Source of the DNA: Candidatus Heimdallarchaeota archaeon
GTDB taxonomy: Archaea; Asgardarchaeota; Heimdallarchaeia; Heimdallarchaeales; Heimdallarchaeaceae
NCBI GenBank assembly: GCA_019057815.1
Contig: JAHLWR010000021.1
Span: forward strand, 1-64,000
Direction: 5' to 3'
DNA: 64,000 nucleotides
In this document: one piece after another, positions 59,598 to 64,000 of the stretch
How the letters are laid out: each line of letters starts with the position of its first letter
Numbering within the stretch: position 1 is the stretch's first letter
The notes under the pieces: generated by a model
Told to the model about the DNA's origin: nothing
What the model saw: only the letters and a program-made list of their open reading frames with translations
The model's database searches: none
Position numbers and translations under genes: made by a program

Positions 59598-61320
59598 TTT
59601 TTGTCCTCCTTGTAACAAATCTAAGTACTATTAGCAAAATAAAGGAAATCACAATTAAAATTGTTGCTGCAAACGCTGCTGCCGGAAATGTTGATGCTTC
59701 AAAAAAATCTACTAGTAGAACAGGAATGGTTCTTTCAGTACCCATACAGATAATAGTCGCTCCTGTTTCACTCATCGACCTAGTAAAAGTCATAATAGCA
59801 GCTGCAATAAGACCATTTCTCAAAAATGGCATCGTTACTGTTCTGAATGTTGTTATTTTTGAAGCTCCAAAAACTGAAGATGCTTCATCATACATTGTGG
59901 GTATAGCGTCAAATGATCCGATTAATGGACGTACACAATACGCATATGTGAATGAAACATGAGCTATAATCATCATCATAAAACCTGGGGATAGTATATG
60001 CATTCCATTCGAGCCCCATAGGAAGAAAATACTAAATCCCAGAGCTGAACTAGGGATTACTAGTGGTATATCTACTAATGTGTCCAAGAATCCTTTTAAC
60101 TTCTGATTTTTCATTTTCGAAATTAAAAGAGCCATAGGGGTAGCTATAATTATCGTAATGATTGTAACAATTAATGCGATTTCAAGCGATGTTACCAGCG
60201 CTTGAGTTATATCTGCTAATTTCCGGTCAGGAGCTTGAAAAACTTGGTAAATCATTCCTGCTTGAGGGTCACCTGAAAAAGGGGATTTATTCCACCATTG
60301 GAATAGAAAGAGAATAACAAATAATGCGGGTATGAAAACAAATACAAAGAATAAGAGCAATGAAACACCGTTTCTTGTTCTAGCCACTTTCTTAGAACTT
60401 AATTTTCTTTCAAAACGTGGAAATACTTTATTCCAAGGTAATCCTACTTTTCGAGCAAATATTCTGACTGATGTTAACAATAGCAAACTAATAATTATTA
60501 ATATAAACGCCAAAAAGGCTGTTGTAGGTATTTTTAATCCTTTCATCCAGCTAACAATTACAACAGGGGCCGTTTGATAAACACCACTAACAATTAAAGT
60601 TGCTCCTGTTTCACCTAAAGATCTTGTAAAAGCTAAAATAGTTCCTGCTAGCAACCCTTCTTTTACCATTGGGAGTGATATCATTCTTGCTATCGTAAAA
60701 GGAGGTGCACCCAGAGTTCTTGATGCTTTTTCTAGTTTCAGGTCTAAATCCATAATTATTCCCTTAATCGACCTTGTAACATATGGAAAAGTAAATGCAA
60801 CATGTGCAAGGATTATAAGCATAGTCCCTTGAGAAGTAAATCCTACTTGAGAATTGTATAATCTTGATATTCCATTGTTCGTTCCCCAGAAAAGATAAAT
60901 GGAAAACCCTAAAGCACTCGTTGGAACAGCCATGGGCATGTCGACTAAAGTATCGAGAATATTCTTGCCTTTGAAATTATATCTAGCTAATATCCAAGCA
61001 ATAGGAACACCTACAATAATATCAAAAACGGTAACAATTGCAGCAATTTTAAGTGAAAGACCTATTGATTTTAACATTATGGTAAAGGTTTCATTTCCAA
61101 GTATGGGGTCGTTGAAAACGGATGTCTGAATCTCTTTCCAATTGACTATGATTTGTAATAAGAGATATAAGATTGGACCTAAGACAATTAAGATAAAAAT
61201 AGTAACTGTAAGTATTTTACCTATTGAAAGAACTGTTTTTTTAGATAACCAACTTTCAGCAGCAAGGAGCGTTCGTCTAAGTTTTAACTCGATATCCAAT
61301 TTCCGTTTTTCAACAGTCAT
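59590..61320 (-). CDS. Fused double ABC permease (CysT/ModB/FbpB-like)
   Basis: Two halves, each with LDTLVD.P...P.SALG, an EAA loop and FTRS..ETGAT. Confidence 0.9.
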   Translation of the reverse strand: MTVEKRKLDIELKLRRTLLAAESWLSKKTVLSIGKILTVTIFILIVLGPILYLLLQIIVNWKEIQTSVFNDPILGNETFTIMLKSIGLSLKIAAIVTVFDIIVGVPIAWILARYNFKGKNILDTLVDMPMAVPTSALGFSIYLFWGTNNGISRLYNSQVGFTSQGTMLIILAHVAFTFPYVTRSIKGIIMDLDLKLEKASRTLGAPPFTIARMISLPMVKEGLLAGTILAFTRSLGETGATLIVSGVYQTAPVVIVSWMKGLKIPTTAFLAFILIIISLLLLTSVRIFARKVGLPWNKVFPRFERKLSSKKVARTRNGVSLLLFFVFVFIPALFVILFLFQWWNKSPFSGDPQAGMIYQVFQAPDRKLADITQALVTSLEIALIVTIITIIIATPMALLISKMKNQKLKGFLDTLVDIPLVIPSSALGFSIFFLWGSNGMHILSPGFMMMIIAHVSFTYAYCVRPLIGSFDAIPTMYDEASSVFGASKITTFRTVTMPFLRNGLIAAAIMTFTRSMSETGATIICMGTERTIPVLLVDFFEASTFPAAAFAATILIVISFILLIVLRFVTRRTKNE

Positions 61321-62570
61321 TTTCTCACCCTCCCTCTTTTTCTGAAAACAGCTAGAATTATCAAGGTTCCAAGAGTTAATTGCAAAATAGTACTAAGTTC
61401 CAGTCCTACTTGCCAGTATTCAGCGTCTTCATCCCTTTCGAGCGTAGTGGCTCGTGTTTTTAACCATAAATCAGGAATTCTGTCTAATAGCTCTCCATCC
61501 GTTGGAGTATTAAATTTAGGAATGGTTAAATTTAATGAAACTCCACTCTCTGATTTGAAAACCTGTTGCATCTCATTAATAATATCGGTATCATTTACTA
61601 GTGTCTCATTTCCTGGACGAAAACCGAAAGGTACTGCTTGAAGCTGTACTTCTTTACTTAGAAGGTATTTCTCAAATTCTGATGCTGCAAAAGCTTCTTC
61701 GGGTGAAACCCAGGAAGCATTTAAGATTGCGATAGGGTGGTCACTCCAAAGCGTTCCTTCTTCTGGATAAACAGCTATAAGATTTTCACCCCATTTTGCG
61801 AAAGCTTCACCATCCCTAGCTGTTTCAATTATAAGATTTTCATACAATATTACCACATTAATCGCAGAAGGTCCCAGTTGAACTGCTTGTTTTGCTAAAA
61901 ATCCTGTTGATGTACCGTAAAGAACGGCTTTAGATTCAACTTTCTCTAACCAGCTTTGAATTGTAATGTTTTCTAGATCTGGTAAAAGTATCTGATCTGG
62001 AGGTTTACCACAAGCTGCAGAAACTTCTAGTAAAACAGCCATAAAACCAGAATTTGATTCTTGGGCGGAAGTATGAGCAAGCTTAAGATTGGTATCTGCT
62101 AAAGTGTGGAGATCTTGCCATGAAGTAAAATTGTTTTCTTCTTGAAAGCTTTCCCATGTTCCTATAACAATTGGGGATGCTACTAGAGATTTTATTTGAT
62201 CATAGTTTAAGATTGACTCTCCAAACTTATTCTCCCATTCCCAATCAAACAAAGGAATCCATACTGATGCTGCAGGACTCCAAATCGTAGGCTTACTTTC
62301 ACCTGAAAGTATTGATAGCATTGTTGTTCTAGTTCCCTGAATCTCAAATCGTAAACGTACCTTTTTATCTGGATTTCGATTTGAAAACCATTCAGGAAAT
62401 TCAGGCGCAATAGAATTTATCCACCCTTTCTTTTCACTTGTATATAGAATATTTAATACAATTTCACCCTTTTCAGATCCAAATTGATATTGACGGTAAA
62501 CATCAAGAGCAATAATAGACGCAATTAACAAACCTAATACTATGAGGGTAGAAAATTTATGTTTACCCAA
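61317..62570 (-). CDS. Extracellular solute-binding protein with N- and C-terminal TMs
   Basis: PTIWSPA, SPIVI, SNSG, STG, YEN, YPEEGTLWSDHP, GFRP. Confidence 0.8.
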   Translation of the reverse strand: MGKHKFSTLIVLGLLIASIIALDVYRQYQFGSEKGEIVLNILYTSEKKGWINSIAPEFPEWFSNRNPDKKVRLRFEIQGTRTTMLSILSGESKPTIWSPAASVWIPLFDWEWENKFGESILNYDQIKSLVASPIVIGTWESFQEENNFTSWQDLHTLADTNLKLAHTSAQESNSGFMAVLLEVSAACGKPPDQILLPDLENITIQSWLEKVESKAVLYGTSTGFLAKQAVQLGPSAINVVILYENLIIETARDGEAFAKWGENLIAVYPEEGTLWSDHPIAILNASWVSPEEAFAASEFEKYLLSKEVQLQAVPFGFRPGNETLVNDTDIINEMQQVFKSESGVSLNLTIPKFNTPTDGELLDRIPDLWLKTRATTLERDEDAEYWQVGLELSTILQLTLGTLIILAVFRKRGRVRK

Positions 62571-62714
62571 TTGTAATCCTCTAATTTCAGTTTATTATTT
62601 TTTGAACAATGTTTTATCTGCTTGTTAATAAATAATATGCAAAGTAGAAGATTTTGTAATTTTTATCTTGAGATAGAAATATATAGTCTAATCGGCTTAT
62701 CATATCATCTAGCG

Positions 62715-63551
62715 ATGACAGACGATACTAAACTTCAATCTGCAATATTCGAAGCTCTATCTCATCCTGTTAGACGTAAGATTTTCGAAGAAATAGCAGA
62801 TAAAAAGGAAGTATCGTACACCAACCTTGTCGAATTATTGGATATCAAGGCAGGACCTCTTTACCATCATATTAAGAAAATGAACAAGTTTGTGGACCAA
62901 ACTGATGATAAAAAATACATATTGACTGAACAAGGACAAAAAGCAATTGCGATTTTAAGAGCTAGTGAGATTGATGATATTCAAAAGCTAAGTGGGCTAC
63001 AAGAGAAGAAAATATTGACCTTCTATGGTATTAGTTTAAAGCCTGTAATAAGCTATTTTTCAGAAAAACCTCTAAGAACTTTAGTGGAATTTCTTATAAT
63101 TGCTGTTATTAGTGGCTATCTTGCTAGTAATCAAAGTATTCTTCTAATAGGTAATTTTACAATATATTATGAAACAAATCTGTTTTTTTATTATCTAAGC
63201 ATAGTTGCAAGTTGGCTATTTCTGGGAGGAGTAACAGAATTAATAGCAAGGTTTGTTTTCAAGAAGAAAAGGAAAAGTATTCATTTAATAAGTGTTTCAA
63301 GTATTGTCTTTCTACCAATTTTTCTATTCTTTGTCATTTTATGGTTTATTGGTCTTTTTACCGCTTCAGTTGTTGTTCTCCCAGCGATTGTGTTATTAAT
63401 AATGCATGGGATATTCCAAGTTTGGACTTTTATGGTTCTTGCTACATCTTTAGGTGTATTGAAAAAAATGTCAATCGAAAGAGCAGCTATTTCAGCTATG
63501 TTTGTAAGTTATATTCAAATCATGATTACAATTTTCGTCCTAATAAGTTAA
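62715..63551 (+). CDS. ArsR-type wHTH fused to a multi-pass membrane domain
   Basis: IFEALSHPVRRKI, LYHH, YILTEQG; about five TMs. Confidence 0.82.
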   Translation: MTDDTKLQSAIFEALSHPVRRKIFEEIADKKEVSYTNLVELLDIKAGPLYHHIKKMNKFVDQTDDKKYILTEQGQKAIAILRASEIDDIQKLSGLQEKKILTFYGISLKPVISYFSEKPLRTLVEFLIIAVISGYLASNQSILLIGNFTIYYETNLFFYYLSIVASWLFLGGVTELIARFVFKKKRKSIHLISVSSIVFLPIFLFFVILWFIGLFTASVVVLPAIVLLIMHGIFQVWTFMVLATSLGVLKKMSIERAAISAMFVSYIQIMITIFVLIS

Positions 63552-63735
63552 CCCCCAAAAAAAGGCACTCTTAAGCGTCTCTAAGAACAAATCTACACAA
63601 GTGTGTAACTAGAGCTACACAAAACTGTAAGAAAAACTATTTAATAGTGTAAGTGAAACTCTAATAGGCTATAAGAAAAGTGATATATATAGGTGATTAC
63701 TAAAGTATACTTACCACAAATAGGGTGAACAAACT

Positions 63736-64000
63736 ATGTCAAAAATGAAAACTTTGCATAAAAAGAAACTCCTGATAGGTAGCATGTTCATTATACTATT
63801 CTTCTCTGCTATTGTACTTATACCTGTAGCAGCTGATGATGCCGATGATCTTACCGATTTTATAGATGACGATGACGATGGTGTAGGCGACGAGGAAGAA
63901 GAGTTAAATGAACGAGAACTTCATGTAGATGTTAGTGACACAGAAGTCCGAATTGAATCTCAACTTAAAACAGGTGAAGTGAAGAACGAATTCAGTATTA
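63736..64000 (+). CDS. Secreted acidic protein (partial)
   Basis: MSKMKTLHKKKLLIGSMFIILFFSAIVLIPVAADDADD...DDDDDGVGDEEEE; open to the window end; GGTGA upstream. Confidence 0.8.
   Translation, partial: MSKMKTLHKKKLLIGSMFIILFFSAIVLIPVAADDADDLTDFIDDDDDGVGDEEEELNERELHVDVSDTEVRIESQLKTGEVKNEFSI

Overview
AT-rich archaeal chromosomal window, inferred to come from an Asgard archaeon, probably Heimdallarchaeia. The evidence is gatD/gatE, archaeal NMNAT, a Rab-like GTPase fragment, a longin-like protein, IDLxPL-type LRRs and many C-terminally anchored surface proteins. Most of the window encodes housekeeping and heterotrophic functions: peptidases (M32, M17, S8), a GH31 glycosidase, three esterases, two ABC systems and tandem DUF3160 genes. 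No rRNA, tRNA, CRISPR array or intact transposase was recognised. The ORF track misses an LRR gene (1-442), a truncated Rab-like GTPase (830-976), a 56-aa type IV pilin-like gene (32140-32310), a split histidine-phosphatase pseudogene (56068-56608) and a secreted protein running off the right end. The two strongest unexplained signals are non-coding. (i) A three-unit tandem array of structured RNA-like repeats (4370-4656) lies directly upstream of a double Lrp-like protein gene. (ii) A 353-bp TG...CA element with inverted repeats (56172-56524) carries, as its only apparent cargo, a TATA-driven, highly structured ~250-nt RNA. Other leads are a longin + two 7TM operon, an asymmetric ABC importer ATPase pair, a GATase-II homologue with Thr in place of the catalytic Cys, and a mini PspA/ESCRT-III-like hairpin. 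All family calls come from motif recognition by eye; no searches or folding programs were run.
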